A DNA stretch of 64,000 bases from Basidiobolus meristosporus CBS 931.73 (GCA_002104905.1 MCFE01000379.1:1-64000); one strand, 5' to 3'. Counted from the first letter of the stretch, positions 12,158 to 26,500 are shown. The notes: generated by a model not told the origin, from the letters alone. Numbers and translations are program-made.

Positions 12158-15100
12158 TTAATAAGTAATGGTCACCAACAAAGGAGGTACCCAAGACCTT
12201 ACAAAGGCAACAGCAACCTGTTTTGCAACTACTGCAAAAGGAAAGGACACACATCAGACCGGTGTCTCAAAAAGAGAGATTATCAGCAAAAGAAGCCTTA
12301 ATATGGAAATGCTGCAACAACTGAATATAGACTACTCATATCTGCACTAAATATGACCACAAACAAGGATTCTCAGGCGTGGTATATTGACTCTGGAGCT
12401 TCTCAACACTTTACACACCAAAAAGAACTTTTTACTCATTATCAAGAAATTCCAATTAAGAAGGTTTTCATGGGTGATAATAGAACACTTGATGCAGTGG
12501 GAGAAGGAACTATGGAAGTAAACCTTAAAGGCAGTGTCAGAAGCCATAAACTGACCTTTAAGGAAGTACTCTATGTACCAGGAATAGCCAAGAACCTACT
12601 CTCTGTAAGCAAGGCCACAGCAGAAGGACTCAGTTTCAGTTTTGACAATTCTGGATGCAGTATCACTGATCAAAATGCAGCCCATATTGCTTTGGGCATC
12701 AGAGATCAGAATCTATACAAGTTGACTTGTATTCCATCACATCTGGAAGCCAATATAAGTAACTTAAATGAAGCAACCCCAATGCTTTGGCACAGGAGAT
12801 TTAGACACATCAATTTTGATTATTTGCGTAAAATGATCAAAGAACAGCTAACATCTGGAGTGAAAATTGATCCCCCAGCTAATTTGGAGCACTGTAAAGC
12901 CTGCATATATGGGAAACAAGCCAGATAACCGTTCAAGAGCTCTGGGTTAATCAAAACTAAGAAAAATTTAGATCTAATTCACTCTGATCTGTGGGGACCT
13001 ATGGAAAAATTTTACTTAGGCGGGATGAAGTATTTAATGACTTTTATTGATGATTATACAAGATACACATGGGTCTACTTCATGGAGAGAAAGGAAGATG
13101 CTGTGTCTAAGTTCAGGGAGTTTAAAGCCATGGTGGAGAGAGAAACTGGTGAAAAAATGAAGAAAATACGCTCTGCCAATGGTGGAGAATATGCCTCAAA
13201 ACTCTTCATCCACATCTGCAAAATTCATGCGATAAAGCAAGAGACTACTCTACCATACTCCCTACAGCAAAATGGAGTAGCAGAACATGTTAAAAGATCA
13301 ATAATTGATATGGCAAGATCTATGATCCATGATCAAAAATTATCATATGATTTTTGGGCGGAATCAGTTGCCACTGCTGTATACCTTAAAAATAGGAGTT
13401 ATACTAGATACTTCATGATTCTACTCCATTTGAAGCATGGTATGGATACAGACCAGGTGCAGAACATCTAAGAATATTTGGGTGTACAGCATATGCCAAG
13501 AAACTGCCAGGAAATCAGTCAAAATTTGAGCCAAAAAGTGTAAAATACATATTTTTGGGCTACTGCAATGAGAGTAAGGCATACAGACTCTACAATACTA
13601 AAGCAAAGAAGCTAATCAAGTTTAGGGATGTGTTGCTTGATGAAAATTCAAAATTTTTACAAAAAATGACATCAGATGATGACAAAAATTGGATCTCAAG
13701 TCCACCAATTGTCAGGATTGTGTCAGAGCAAAACAATGAGATTTTTTTCAATCCAGAGGACTCTACAACCATGGTTCAGCCCAAATTAGTGCCCAGGAAT
13801 ATCCCAGAAGTGATCATTTCAGTATCAAATGCCCAGAGATCCAACTGGACAAGAAATAGCCCAAATTACTATACCAATGAGGGTACAAACTTAGCCTATG
13901 CCTATTCAGTCCATGTGGATGACCCCAGACTGTAAAAGAGGCACTAAATAGCCCTCAGACAAAGCTTGGGAGATCTGCAATGACTGTGGAATATCAGGCC
14001 CTGATGGAAACTCAAACTTGGTACTTAGTCAAATTACCAATCAACCAAAAATAAGTTGGATGCAGATGGGTCTTCAAGACAAAATACAAGGCTGATGGCT
14101 CAATTGAAAGATACAAAGCAAGACTTGTAGCCAAAGAATACTCTCAAACAAAGGACTTGACTATACTGAGACATTGGCACTGGGTGCCAGGTTTAACTCC
14201 ATCATATTAATATTGGCTATTGCAGCAAAATATAAGTTTTTTATCATCATATGGATGTAAAAACTGCATTTTTGAATGGAGAACCTGATGAGGACATATA
14301 TATGAACCAACCTGATGGGTTTGCCGACCAAGATAACCCCTATTTGGTCTACACGCTGTGGTAGGGTAAACATACCTCCCACAGACAAGTTTATTCATAT
14401 AGTCATTATGATATACTTATCCATATTTTATCTTATCAGTATTATCCCATTCTTCTTTTGCCCATATTATCAGTATTATCCCCATATGATGTTTACCCTG
14501 ATTAGTTATTAGCATTAGTTATCCCAGATGTTATTCAGCTTTGTGATCAGTAGATGTATCTATATAAGGCAAGTACCCGCGTCAGTACCCGTGACACATG
14601 ACCTAGGTCTGTGTTACCATCTCTATCATTTCAATACCATATATGGTATTTCTATGTTGCACAGGTTTCAGACTACTGATTCCTGATTGGTTGAGAGTGC
14701 TGTGCCTTTTAGAACCTTCCAGGACATTCTTGGCATATTTTTAGCTCGTAGTGATGTCATCAAGAATTCCACTGATACCTAGAATCTTCTAGAACCTTGT
14801 CATTAGTAATCACTTGGCAATCAGGAAAAGTATTTAAGGGAAAGCAATCCCTCATCAATAAATCATCCCTTCTATCAGTAACACCTGTACCTTATTGATT
14901 AGCAGTTGATCACTGCACCTGCCTTCAACAGTACATCTCAGACCTGCCATCAAGGAGCTTTTCAGGGTAGTGCACAAGACACACAGAGGCCTTTGGAGAC
15001 ACTTGGAGCACCTAGGAAGCTAGAGAAGCAGGAGCTTTTACCATAGTGACTTATTGACAAATACACCAGCAGTTTAGACACAGAGGTTATTGCACCCATC

Positions 15101-15289
15101 AGACACCTCACACACCTTGAGTTGTGTAGCTTCTCCCAGGAGTACCTCTACACCACCACAACGCTTAAAAAGTCACTATATGGTCTCAAACAATCACCAA
15201 GAGCCTGGAATTGCAAGATAGATTCATATTTGGAATCTTTGAGTTTCAAAAGGAGTAATGCTGACTATAGTATATACTATAAGCCAGAT
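12158..15289 (+). mobile_element. Copia copy A (gag end, PR, GAG-pre-integrase, IN, partial RT), interrupted by a solo LTR
   Basis: ORFs 12086..13935 (CNYCKRKGHTSDRC, WYIDSGASQH, LWHRRFRH, FIDDYTRY) are highly similar to copy D. RT sequence resumes at 15165 ([15 protein letters not shown]). Confidence 0.92.
14357..15160 (+). mobile_element. 804-bp solo LTR with 4-bp TSD ACGC
   Basis: Termini TGTGGT...ACCACA. ACGC at 14353-14356 and 15161-15164. Removing it restores the copia RT sequence TTGGTCT-ACACGC-TTAAAAAG. Confidence 0.9.
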
Positions 15290-17350
15290 TGGAAACCGCA
15301 ACAGTTTCACCTCTTTAATTGTCACACTGTTGCTACACGCCTTGCTCTCATTGGTGATATGAATTAGTGGGATACTCTTGGTATCCCATCTGAGTTCAGA
15401 TGCACTGTAAAGTATATCCATCTTATGTTGGATAAACCAACTCTCACCAATGAGTAGGTTGTTGGCTACAACTGGTAGAACCACAACATCTTGATGTATA
15501 ATCAAGTTGCCTAGCCAGATGGGGCAATTAGGCACCACTCCTACTGTTGTGTCCAGCAGGCCATTTGCTAGCCATACCCAAATGTGTTGTTGGGGACTAT
15601 ATCTAACTTTAGATATTTTGCTAATGATTTTGACATGATCAACATAGATGATCCTGTGTTGATCAGGGCAAGAATCTTCTTATTCTCTCTATGTACCTTT
15701 ACGTATGAACCTTTATTTGGTTTTTGCAGGACCATCTGGTTGACATGAAGGGTTGTTGTCTCCTTCAATCCCTCTATCAGCTTCTTGACTAGAGCCAGGG
15801 CCAGTCCCAGTAAATTGGTTACTGGGAGGGTTGCCTTGGTTTGCTCTAGTACCTTTATTATGGGGAATAGGCTGTGGGAAGATGTACTAGCATTCTTTGT
15901 TTGTTTCAATACTTCTTCCCAAGGCTCATTTTGTACCTCTTCACCTAATTCCGCAATCTTTCCTTTTAACAGAACCTCTACTAAAGGTTTCTTCACCTCC
16001 TCTCTGGAAGCATCATGGCAATGCTTCTTCTTCCATATTTTGACTGTTCTGACTGGAGGGCTTAAATTGACTGAGTCCTGTTGGCCTCCTGGCAAGGGAC
16101 TCTGTCTTTTGATGCCTTCTTCTCTTTTGTGTATGGTACGGGTTTTTGTCAATACCATTTTTCACATTTGTGGGCTCTGTGGCCTACATCTCCACATTCA
16201 TAGCACAGGTACTGTTGTTGCGGTTGTTCCATCTGTTGGGTCAGGGCTTGTACCTGGGCCTTTAAATCTATAACAGCTTCACAGAGTTTATCACCTTCTT
16301 TGGGGGCTTCTTGGACATTGTTGATCAAGAGTTTGTGGACCTTTTGCCGTAATTCCTCTAACTCATGGTCATTTGGGGAGGCCATTTTTCCTTTCTTATG
16401 GGGGATCCCTGTCCTTCAGTCATTTGTATCACTATAGGGTAGCCCCCATAGCAGGATGACCCCTTGTACTTGTTTGACCAACTCTTGCAATGTTTTACAT
16501 CCCTGTTGTTCTATGGATGCCCTATGTCTTATTTTGTCATCTATGCCCATGATATAATACCTCATGAGCTGTTGTTTGGCAGTTTTGTCCTGTGGGAGAC
16601 ATTGAACTTGTTGGAGAAACAGTTCAGCGTAGGCTTCATAGCTCTCATTGCTTTTCTTCCATGAGGACAGTAGAAGGGCTTTGTAGTGGTATCCTTTGGC
16701 ATATAGAAAGCATGTCTTGTAGGCTTCTCCTAGTGCATCCCAGTCATCTTTAACTGTGCCTTCCAACCCATAATGCCATTGCCATGCTGACCCTTCCATA
16801 TGTCTTGCAAACTCCCTTACTTTCTTATTGTTGTCCTATCCTGCATCAACAGCAACTCTCTCAAACTTATCAAACCACTCAAGGGCTTTCTCTCTCTTTC
16901 CCTTGTAAGTTTTTAGTTTAATTGTAATAGTCATTATCTCACTTGTGCATATTTCCGCAGAAAAGGCACCAAATATGTGTGTTATTACTGACTGTACTTG
17001 GTGAGTGGGAGAGCTTGTAGGTCAAGTCAGTACCACTTGGTTCAGAATAGCTTCCAATAGAAGGTAGCAAGGTAATAAAGACTTGTGTTTATTTTGTCCA
17101 AATCCTCTTGTCCTCTCACTTGGTTCAATTGGGTAGATATATATCACTTGGGGGGGCTTAGATAATAGACAATGTGTTATAAAATAGGGGTGTGAGCACC
17201 TTCCTGTTATAGTAAGTGCTCTAACTAGATTAGGGCAGGGATAGGAGGGAGGGCGTGTGGGGGAATCATAGGGAGGATACTGGGGGACATTGGGTAGAAC
17301 TCTGGGGAGAACTCTTGGGCAAAGAGTGGGTACTGCATTTAGTACTCACA
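15290..17350 (-). mobile_element. 5' half of a second Ty3/gypsy family (LTR ~16976-17350, gag, knuckle, protease)
   Basis: ORFs 16416..16799 (retrotransposon gag), 16149..16385 (CYECGDVGHRAHKC), 15568..16158 (LALINTGS) and 15224..15538 (NNLLIGESWF). PBS-like TTGGTGCC follows the TG...CA-bounded repeat. Confidence 0.8.
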
Positions 17351-17976
17351 ACTTGTTCTTCCAATCACTTCCAATATCTCCAGGACTCTTACAACATGCT
17401 ACAAGCCCCAAGCTGTCACTCTCTGCAATGTCTGCCATTGCAATCACTGGAACTTTTCCCTCTGCTGAAAAGTTGGATGGATCTAACTACTGAGCAAGGA
17501 AGGAGAAGATGAAGATGCTGCTACAAGAAAGAGGCCTTTGGGATATTGTTGTGGGAGAATATTGCCCTCATAAATATATGGGAGAGGAAGTCTCAGAGTA
17601 CCTGAAGAAAGAATAAAATGCCTTTAACTGCATTTGCCTTAATGTTAAAGACAAATTGCTGATTCAATGCTCAAGAGCAAAAACAGCAAAGAATGCCTGG
17701 AAGGCATTAGAAGACACCTACCAGTCATGTTCAGTTGCAAAGAAAATGTATCTTAGACAAAAATTCCTTACTACAAAGATGCTGCTGGGAGAAGAAAGGA
17801 AAAATGTAATCAACAGAATTACCCTGCTGGTAGATGAGATAGAATCTATGGGTGTACCAGCTACTGATGAGGATGTGATAGTAGCTATCCTGAATAGCCT
17901 GACAGACAGGTTTCAGGGCCTTGTGTCAGCCCTAGAGTCCAGGACTAATGATTTGACCTTAAATTACATATATGGA

Positions 17977-18299
17977 GCCCTATGAAAAATCTTAAACTTG
18001 GGATTCATCTGATTTTTAGCTGGTATTCTGCTGGTATTCTAATGGGATTTTGCTGGTATTTGGCTGGTGTTTTGGGTTCAAAATTTCAAGTGCAATTTTT
18101 GATGGAAGTAATGGGCAGCTAGTTACCAAATTTGGTACAGATGCTAGTTTGCTTAGTCTCCTCCTGGAGAACTTGTTTGCTTGCCTGCACATCAGCTCAG
18201 AACAGAGATATTTAGAGTTGTCAATTTTGAGAAACTTGGAGTTCAGCTGATACTATGATGGTATTTTGCTGGCCTTTTCTTAGTTTTTTTTCTTAGGGC
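17977..18299. mobile_element. 323-bp MITE-like insertion with 13-bp TIRs in the gag of copy B
   Basis: GCCCTATGAAAAA...TTTTTCTTAGGGC (one mismatch). It splits the conserved TATGGA|AGGCTCC of the copia gag and is non-coding, with internal GCTGGTATT repeats. Confidence 0.8.
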
Positions 18300-21200
18300 A
18301 AGGCTCCTGGATGAAGAATTAAGTGAATCAAGCACCAACAAGAAGGAAGAAAATGCTTTAATAAGCGATGATGAGCTACAAAGGAGGTACCCAAGACCTT
18401 ACAAAGGCAACAGCAGCCTGTTTTACAGCTACTGCAAAAGGAAAAGATACACATTGGACCAGTGTCTCAAAGCCGTGATAATCAGCAAAAGAAGTCTGAT
18501 TATGGAAATGCTGCAACAACTGAAGATAGACTATTCATATCTGCTACTAAACATGACCACAAACAAGGATTATCAGATGTGGTACATTGACTCTGGAGCA
18601 TCTCAACACTTTACACACCAAAAAGTACTTTTTACCCAATACCAAGAAATTCCAACTAAGAAGGCTTTCATGAGTAACAATAGAACAATTGATGCAGTGG
18701 GAGAAGGAATATCCAAGCAAACCTTAAAAGCAGTGAAGGAAGCCATACATTGACCTTTAAAGAAATACTCTATGTACCAGAAATAGCCAAGAACCTACGA
18801 TCTGAAAGCAAGGCCACAGCAGAAGGACTCAGTTTCAGCTTTGACAATTTTGGATGCCAGATCATTGCTCAAAATGGTCCCCATATTGCTTTGGGTATCA
18901 AATATCTGAATCTATACAAGTTGACTTATATTATATCACATCTGTAAGCAAATATAAGTAACTTAAATGAAAAACCACCAATGTTTGGCACAGGAGATTT
19001 GGGCACATCAAATTTTGATTACCTGTGCAAAATGATCAAAGATAGCTATTTTCCGGAGTGAAAATTGATCCCCCAGCTAATTTGGAGCACTGTGAAGCCT
19101 GCATATATGGGAAACAAGCCAGACAACTGTTCAAGAGCTCTGGGTTGATCAAAACTAAGAAAAATTATATCTAATTCACTCAGATGTGTGTAGTCCTATG
19201 CAAAATTTATCCTTAGGCAGGATGAATTATATATTCAATTTTATTGTAAATTATAGATGATACATCTGGGTCTACTTCATGAAGTGAAAGGAAGAAGCTC
19301 TGTTTAAGCTCATGGAGCTTAAAGCTATGGTGGAGAGAGAAACTGGTGAAAAAATCAAGAAAATAGGCTCTGACAATAGCGGAGATTGTACCTCAAAACT
19401 CTTCATCCACATTGGCAAAATTCATGGGATAAAGCAGGAGACTACTGTACCAAACTGCCCACAGCAAAGTGGAGCAGCAAAATGTGCAAAAGATCAATAA
19501 GTGATATGTCAAGATATATGATCCATGATCCAAAATTTTCCAATGATTTTTGGGCAGAATTAGTTGCCACAACTCTATACCTTAAAAATAGGAGTATAAC
19601 AGAATACTTCATGATTCTACTCTATTTAAAGCACTGTATGAATACAGACCAAGTGCAAAACATATAAGAATATTTGGGTGCACAGCATATGCCAAGAAAC
19701 TGCCCAGAAATCAGTAAGAATTTGAGCCAAAAAGTGTAAAATCCATATTGCTGGGTTACTGCAATGAGAGTAAAGCATACGGGCTCTACAATACCAAAGC
19801 AAAAAAGCCAATCCACTCCAGGGATATGTTGTTTGATAAAAACTCAAAATTCTCACAACAAATGATATTAGATGATGACAAAAATTTGATCTCAAGTCCA
19901 CTAAAAGTCCAGATTGAATCAGAGCAAAACAAGGAGAGCCTTTTCAGTCCAGAGGACTCTACAACTGTGGTTTAGTCTGAATCAGTGCCCCAAAGTTTCT
20001 CAGAAGTGATCACTCCAGTATCAAAAGCCCAGAGATCCAACCAGACCAGAAATAGCCCAATTTACTGTATCAATTGTTGTAAAAATTTGTAATTCCTCCT
20101 AAATATTCACCTAACTTAGTCACTTGGATCATTTCCCTCAAATCCTAGAGAATACTGACCAAATTCCTTGTTGGGATTTACTTAGAATGTTTTCACCAAA
20201 ATACCAGGTACCCAGAACATGAAAATTCTCAAAGTTGCCCAAGCAGCCTCAGACTTTGCACATATGTTCTTGGGACCTCCCTTAGCCTATTCTTTGTGTT
20301 TGTAATGCCAAGATCAGGTTAAAGTATAAATACTACTTTCACATTCAAAAATCATTGAGTGAAAACCACATAATCTACTTGTTCTCCCAATCACTTCCAA
20401 TATCTCCAAGACTTTTACAACAGGTTATGAGCCCCAAGCTGTCACTCTCTGCAATGTCTACTACTGCTATTACTAGAATTTTTCCCTCTACTGAAAAGCT
20501 GGATGGATCTAACTACCAAGTGTGGAAGGTGAAGATGAAGATGCTGCTACAAGAAAGAGGCCTTTGGGATATTTTCATGGTAGAAGAATGCCCTCCCAAA
20601 ACCATGGGAGAGGAAGCCTTAAAGTACCAGAAAAAAGAACAAAGTGCCTTTAACTGCATTTGCCTTAATGTTAAGGACAAGTTGCTAATTCAATGCTCAA
20701 GAGCAAAAATGGCAAAGGATGCCTGAAGGGCATTAGAAGACACCAACCAGTCATGTTCAGCTGCTAAGAAAATGTATCTGAGACAAAACTTCCTTACTAC
20801 AAAGATGCTGCCAGGAGAAGAAATGAAAATTTTAATTAACAGAATTACCTTGCTGGTAGATGAAATGGAATCTGTGGGTGTACCAATTACTGATGAGGAT
20901 TTCATAGTTACCATCCTGAATAGCCTGACAGACAAGTTTCAGGGTCTTGTATCAGCCCTAGGGTTCAGAACTGAAGATTTGACCTTAAATTATGTATATG
21001 GAAGGCTCCTGGATGAAGAATTAAGAAAATCAAGCACCAATAAGAAGGAAGAAGAAAATGCTTTAATAAGCAATGATAACCAACAAAGGTGGTACCCAAG
21101 ACCCTACAAAGGCAACGGCAACCTGTTTTGCAACTACTTCAAAAGGAAAGGACACACATCAGACCAGTGCTTCAAAAAGCAAGATAGTCAGCAGAAAAAG

Positions 21201-21942
21201 CCTGAATATGGAAATGCTGCAACAACTGAAGATAGACTATTCATATCTGCACTAAATATGACCACAAACAAGGATTTTCAGGCGTTGTATATTGACTCTG
21301 GAGCATCTTAACACTTTACACACCAAAAAGAAGTTTTCACCCAATATCAAGATATTCCAATTAAGAAGGTTTTCATGGGTGACAATATAACACTTAATGC
21401 AGTGGGAGAAGGAACTGTCCAAGTAAACCTAAGAAGCAGTGAAGGAAGCCATACACTAACTTTCAAAGAATTACTCTTTGTGCCAGAAATAGCCAAGAAC
21501 CTACTATCTGTAAGCAAGGCCACTGCAGAAGGACTCACTTTCAGCTTTGACAATTCTGGATGCAAGATCACTGATCAAAATGGTGCCCATATTGCTTTGG
21601 GTATCAGAGATCAGAATCTGTACAAGTTGACTTATATTCCTTCATATCTGGAAGCCAATATAAGTAACTTAAATGAAGAAACACCAATGCTTTGGCACAG
21701 GAGATTTGGGCACATCAATTTTGATCATTTGCACAAAATGATCAAAGATTAGCTAATTTCTGGAGTAAAAATTGATCCCCCAGCTAATTTGGAGCTTTGT
21801 GGAGCCTGCATATATGGAAAACATGCCAGACAACTGTTCAAGATCTCTGGTTGATCAAAACTAAGAAAAAATTATATCTAATTCACTCAGATTTGTGTGG
21901 ACCTAGGCAAAATTTATCCTTAGGCAGGATGAAGTATTTAAT

Positions 21943-22153
21943 AGACTTGTTCCATCATTCCAGCTGATCATAGTGCCCAATAGTGCCATAGCATGCCAGA
22001 TGGTGCCTGATCATGCCACACAGTGCCAGATGGTGCCATACAGTGCCAATTTGGGATCAAAATTGACATGCATATGACCCTAAAATATTAAGTCAATAAC
22101 AAAATATACAGCACTTTCTGGCACTATGATCAATGGCACAATGGAACCAGTCT
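21943..22153. mobile_element. 211-bp MITE with ~35-bp imperfect TIRs and 3-bp TSD AAT in the integrase of copy C
   Basis: AGACTTGTTCCAT..TGATCATAGTGCC versus GGCACTATGATCA..ATGGAACCAGTCT. AAT at 21940-21942 and 22154-22156. Removal restores TATTTAATCAC. Confidence 0.88.
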
Positions 22154-23019
22154 AATCACTTTTATTGATGATTATACAAGATACACATGGGTTGACTTCA
22201 TGGAGAGAAAGGAAGAAGCTCTGTCTAAATTCAGGGAGTTTAAAGCCATGGTGGAGAGAGAAACTGGTGAAAAAATCAAGAAAATGTGCTCTGACAATGG
22301 TGGAGAATATGCCTCAAACTCTTTGTCTACTTCTGCAAAATTCATGGGATAAAGCAAAAGACTACTGTTCCATACTCCCCACAGCAAAATGGAGTAGTAG
22401 AACATGGTAACAGATCAATAATTCATATGGCAAGATCTATGATCCATGATCAAAAATTATCCTATGATTTTTGGGCGGAATCAGTTGCCACAGCTGTATA
22501 CCTTAAAAATAGGAGTTAAAATAGATACTTTGTGATTCTACTCCATTTGAAGCATGGTATGGATACAGACCAAGTGCAGAACATCTAAGAATATCTGGGT
22601 GCACAGCGTATGCCAAGAAACTGCCAGAAAATCAGTCAAAATTTAAGCCAAAAAGTGTAAAATGCATATTTTTGGGTTACTGCAATGAGAGTAACGCATA
22701 CAGACTCTGCAATACCAAAGCAAAGAAGCTAATCAAGTCCAGGGATGTGTTGTTTGATGAAAATTCAAAATTTTCACCAAAAATGATATCAGATGATGAC
22801 AAAAATCTCATCCCAAGTCCATCAATTGTCAGGATTGAATTAGAGAAAAACAATGAAAATTTTTTCACTCCAGAGGACTCTGCAACTGTGGTTCAGCCAG
22901 AATCAGTGCCCAGGAATATCCCAGAAGTGATCATTCCAGTATCAAATGCCTGGAGATCCAATTGGACAAGCAATAGCCCAAATTACTTTATCAATGAGAG
23001 TACAAACTTAGCCTATGCC

Positions 23020-23546
23020 TGTTATGAATAGACACAAGGCAGGAGAGTAGAGCTAGGCAAGGCATGACCAGGAAAGGACTTAGGTGTGGATCAAAAAGGC
23101 AAGGCGGATTTCCAAGGCAAGGCTGTTTATTCAAGACCTGTGTTTATCAGACTGAGGAATACTTAAGGGGGGATAGGACTATATATACTTTTTGGTTACA
23201 CTGATGCCGATAGATATTGGCTAATATTAATGGGGTTGTGGGGTGAGGCACAGCAATGTGCTGGGGATAATAATATAGAAGGCAAGGCACTGTGACAGGA
23301 TGGGGAAATGGATTGGGTCACCTGATCATGTGACTAAGTCATGTGACCTGGTATTTCCATATATGGAACTGGACTATGAAAAATATGATGGGAAGCTTCC
23401 ATGGAATGTTCCATTGTGTAACAATGGTTTGGAATGGTCAGGAACTTTCTGGAAGGTGGTAGAAGGTTCCAGAAGGAATCTCTTAGAAATTGAACTAGGA
23501 AGCTCAAATTGGCATGGGTGTTCATGATTGTCATGTGATCATGACA
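23020..23546. mobile_element. 527-bp solo LTR with 5-bp TSD ATGCC in copy C
   Basis: TGTTATG...CATGACA termini. ATGCC at 23015-23019 and 23547-23551. The flanks rejoin to GCCTATGCCTATTCAG. Confidence 0.92.
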
Positions 23547-26500
23547 ATGCCTATTCAGTCCATATTGATGAGCCCCAGTCTGTAAAAGAGGCCCTCAACA
23601 GCCCTCAGACAAAGTTTTGGAGATCTGCAATGACTGAGGAATATCAGGCCCTGATGGAAAATCAAACTTGGGACTTATTCAAATTACCAATCAACAAAAA
23701 ATCAATGGATGCAGATGGGTCTTCAAGACAAAATACAAGGCTGATAGTTCAATTGAAAGATACAAAGCAAGACTTGTAGTCAGAGGATACTCTCAAACAA
23801 AAGGACTTGACTATACTGAGACCTTTGCACCATTAGCCAAGTTTAGTTCCAACAGATTAATATTGGCTTTTGCAGCCAAATATAAGTTTTTTATTCGTCA
23901 AATGGATTTAAAAACTGCATTTTGAATGGAGAACTTGATGAGGACATGCATATGGACCAGCCTGATGGGCTTGTTGACCAAGATAACACTCATTTGGTCT
24001 GCAAGCTTGAAAAGTCACTATATGGTCTCAAACAATCACCAAGAGCCTGGAATTGCAAGATAGATTTTTATTTGGAATCTTTGAGTTTCAAAAGGAGTAA
24101 TGCTGGCTATTGTATATACTATAAGCCAGATGGAGCAAATCCAGTTCTATTAGCTCTATATGTGGATGATCTTATTATAGCTGCTAATAACCCAGAAGCA
24201 TTGGAAGTGACTAAATCCAGCCTATCTAAGGAGTTCAAGATGTCCAATCTAGGAGAACCTAATTACTACTTAGGGATTAAGTTCTCCATTGACAGAAGTA
24301 CCCAGACTATCTCCCTAAGCCAATCCAAGTATATTCAAGATATACTAAAGAAGTACAAAATGGAAGACTGTAAACCAGCAGCTACCCCAAAGGAGACAAC
24401 CCTTAACTTGGGCAAAACTCAACCAAATCAAAAGAGCTTGGTGCCATCTGAAAGCTCTGACTTTCCTTATCAATCTATGGTTGGCAGTCTGATGTATATC
24501 ATGCTTGGATCACGTCCAGATAACTCATATTGAGTGGGAGTTGTCAGCCAACATAATCAGAACTATGGATCTGATCATATTGCAGCAGTTAAGCAGATTT
24601 TTAGATACCTAAAAGGAACTGCTGATATCTGCTTAAGATACACTTAGAAGGATTCAGAACAGGATCCTGTGGGATACTCTGATGCTAATTGGGACAAAAT
24701 TTAGAAGACAGAAGATCCACCACAAGACAAACCTTTCTTTACTGTAAAGGAGCAATTTCATGGAATTCAAGAAAGCAACCAACCGTAGCACTTTCTACCA
24801 CAGAGGCAGAGTATATAGCAGCCTGTGATGCTACATAAGAAGCAATGTGGTTAAGAAAGCTCTTTGCAGATTTAGGCCTATGTCAAAAAATGCCTATTAC
24901 TTTATTTCAAGATAATCAAGGATGTATACAATTAGGTAGAAATCCTACTGTTCATGCATGAACCAAGCACATAGATATTAGACATCATTTCATATGTGAA
25001 GCTATAGAGAATAACTTAGTTAGCTTAGCTTACTATCCTACAGATGCAATGATTGCAGACATATTTGCCAAACCATTAGCTAGAGACAAGTTTGAATATC
25101 TTAGGTCAAAATTAGGACTAGTCACTATGAGCATTTAGCTGAGCAGGGGTGTTGTAAAAATTTGTATTTCCACCTAAATATTCACCTAACCTAGTCACTT
25201 AGATCATCACCTTCAAATCCCAGAGAATACTGACCAAATTCCTTGTTGGGATTTACTTAGAATATTTTCACCAAAATACCAGGTACCAAGAACATGAAAA
25301 TTCTCAAAGTTGTCCAAACAACCCCAAACTCTGCACACAGGTACTTGGGACCTTTCTTAACCTATTCTACATGCTTGTAATGCCAAGACCAGGTAAAAGT
25401 ATAAATACTACTTTTACATTCAATAAATCATTAAGTGAAAACCACATAATCTACTTGTTCTCCCAATAACTTCCAATATCTCCAAGACTTTTACAACATC
25501 AATGAGGGTACAAACTTAGCCTATGCCTATTCAGTCTATATAGATGAGCCCCAGACTGTAAAAGAGGCCCTCAATAGCCCTCAGACAAAGTTTTGGAGGT
25601 CTGCAATGACTGAGGAATATCAGGCTCTGATGGAAAATCAAAATTGGGACCTTGTCAAATTACCAATCAACCAGAAATCAATTGGATGCAGACAGGTCTT
25701 CAAGACAAAATACAAGGCTAATGGTACAATTGAATGATACAAAGCAAGACTTGTGGCCAAAGGATACTCTCAAACAAAAGGACTTGACTATACTGTGACC
25801 TTTGCACCAGTAGCCAAGTTGAGTTCCATTATATTAGTATTGGATATTGCAGCCAAATATAAGTTTTTTATTCATCAAATGGATTTAAAAACTACATTTT
25901 TGAATGGAGAACTTGATGAGGACATGCATATGGACCAGCCTGATGGGTTTGTTGACCAAGATAACCCCCATTTGGTCTGCAAGCTTAATAAATCTCTATA
26001 TGGTCTGAAAAAATCACTGACAGCCTGGAATTGCAAAATAGATTTTGATTTGGAATCTTTGAGTTTTAAAAGGATTGATGCTGACTATAGTATATACTCT
26101 AAGCCAGATAGAGCAAATGCAGTCCTGTTAGCTCTATATGTGGATGATCTTATTATAGCAGCCAATAACCTAGCAATATTGGAAGAGACTAGTTCCAGCC
26201 TATGTAAGGAGTTCAAGATGTCCAATCTAGGAGAACTCAATTACTACTTAGGGTGAGAGTCTGGATATTTCTATCTATGGAGAACTTTATCCCTGAGCCA
26301 ATTCAAGTAAATTCAAGACATACTAAAGAAGTACAAAATGGAAGACTGTAAACCAGCAGCTACCCCAATGGAGACAAACCTTAACTTGGTCAAAACTCAA
26401 CTAAATCAAGAGCGCTTAGTGTCATCCAAAAGCCCTGACTTTCCTTATCAATCTATGATTGGCAGTCTGATGTATATCATGCTTTGAACATGTCCAGATA

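Larger units (their letters stand above)
20075..25498 (+). mobile_element. Copia copy C: full-length, decayed, nested in copy B
   Basis: LTRs 20075-20422 and 25150-25498 (TG...CA, about 30 differences by eye). TSD TCAAT at 20070-20074 and 25499-25503, PBS GGTTATGAGCCC at 20423, PPT GAGCAGGGG. Confidence 0.95.

Noticed and set aside
21961-22060. Short GTGCC repeats as a CRISPR-like array
   Set aside because: They are irregular 5-6 bp motifs inside a MITE in a eukaryotic context, with no repeat-spacer periodicity and no cas genes.
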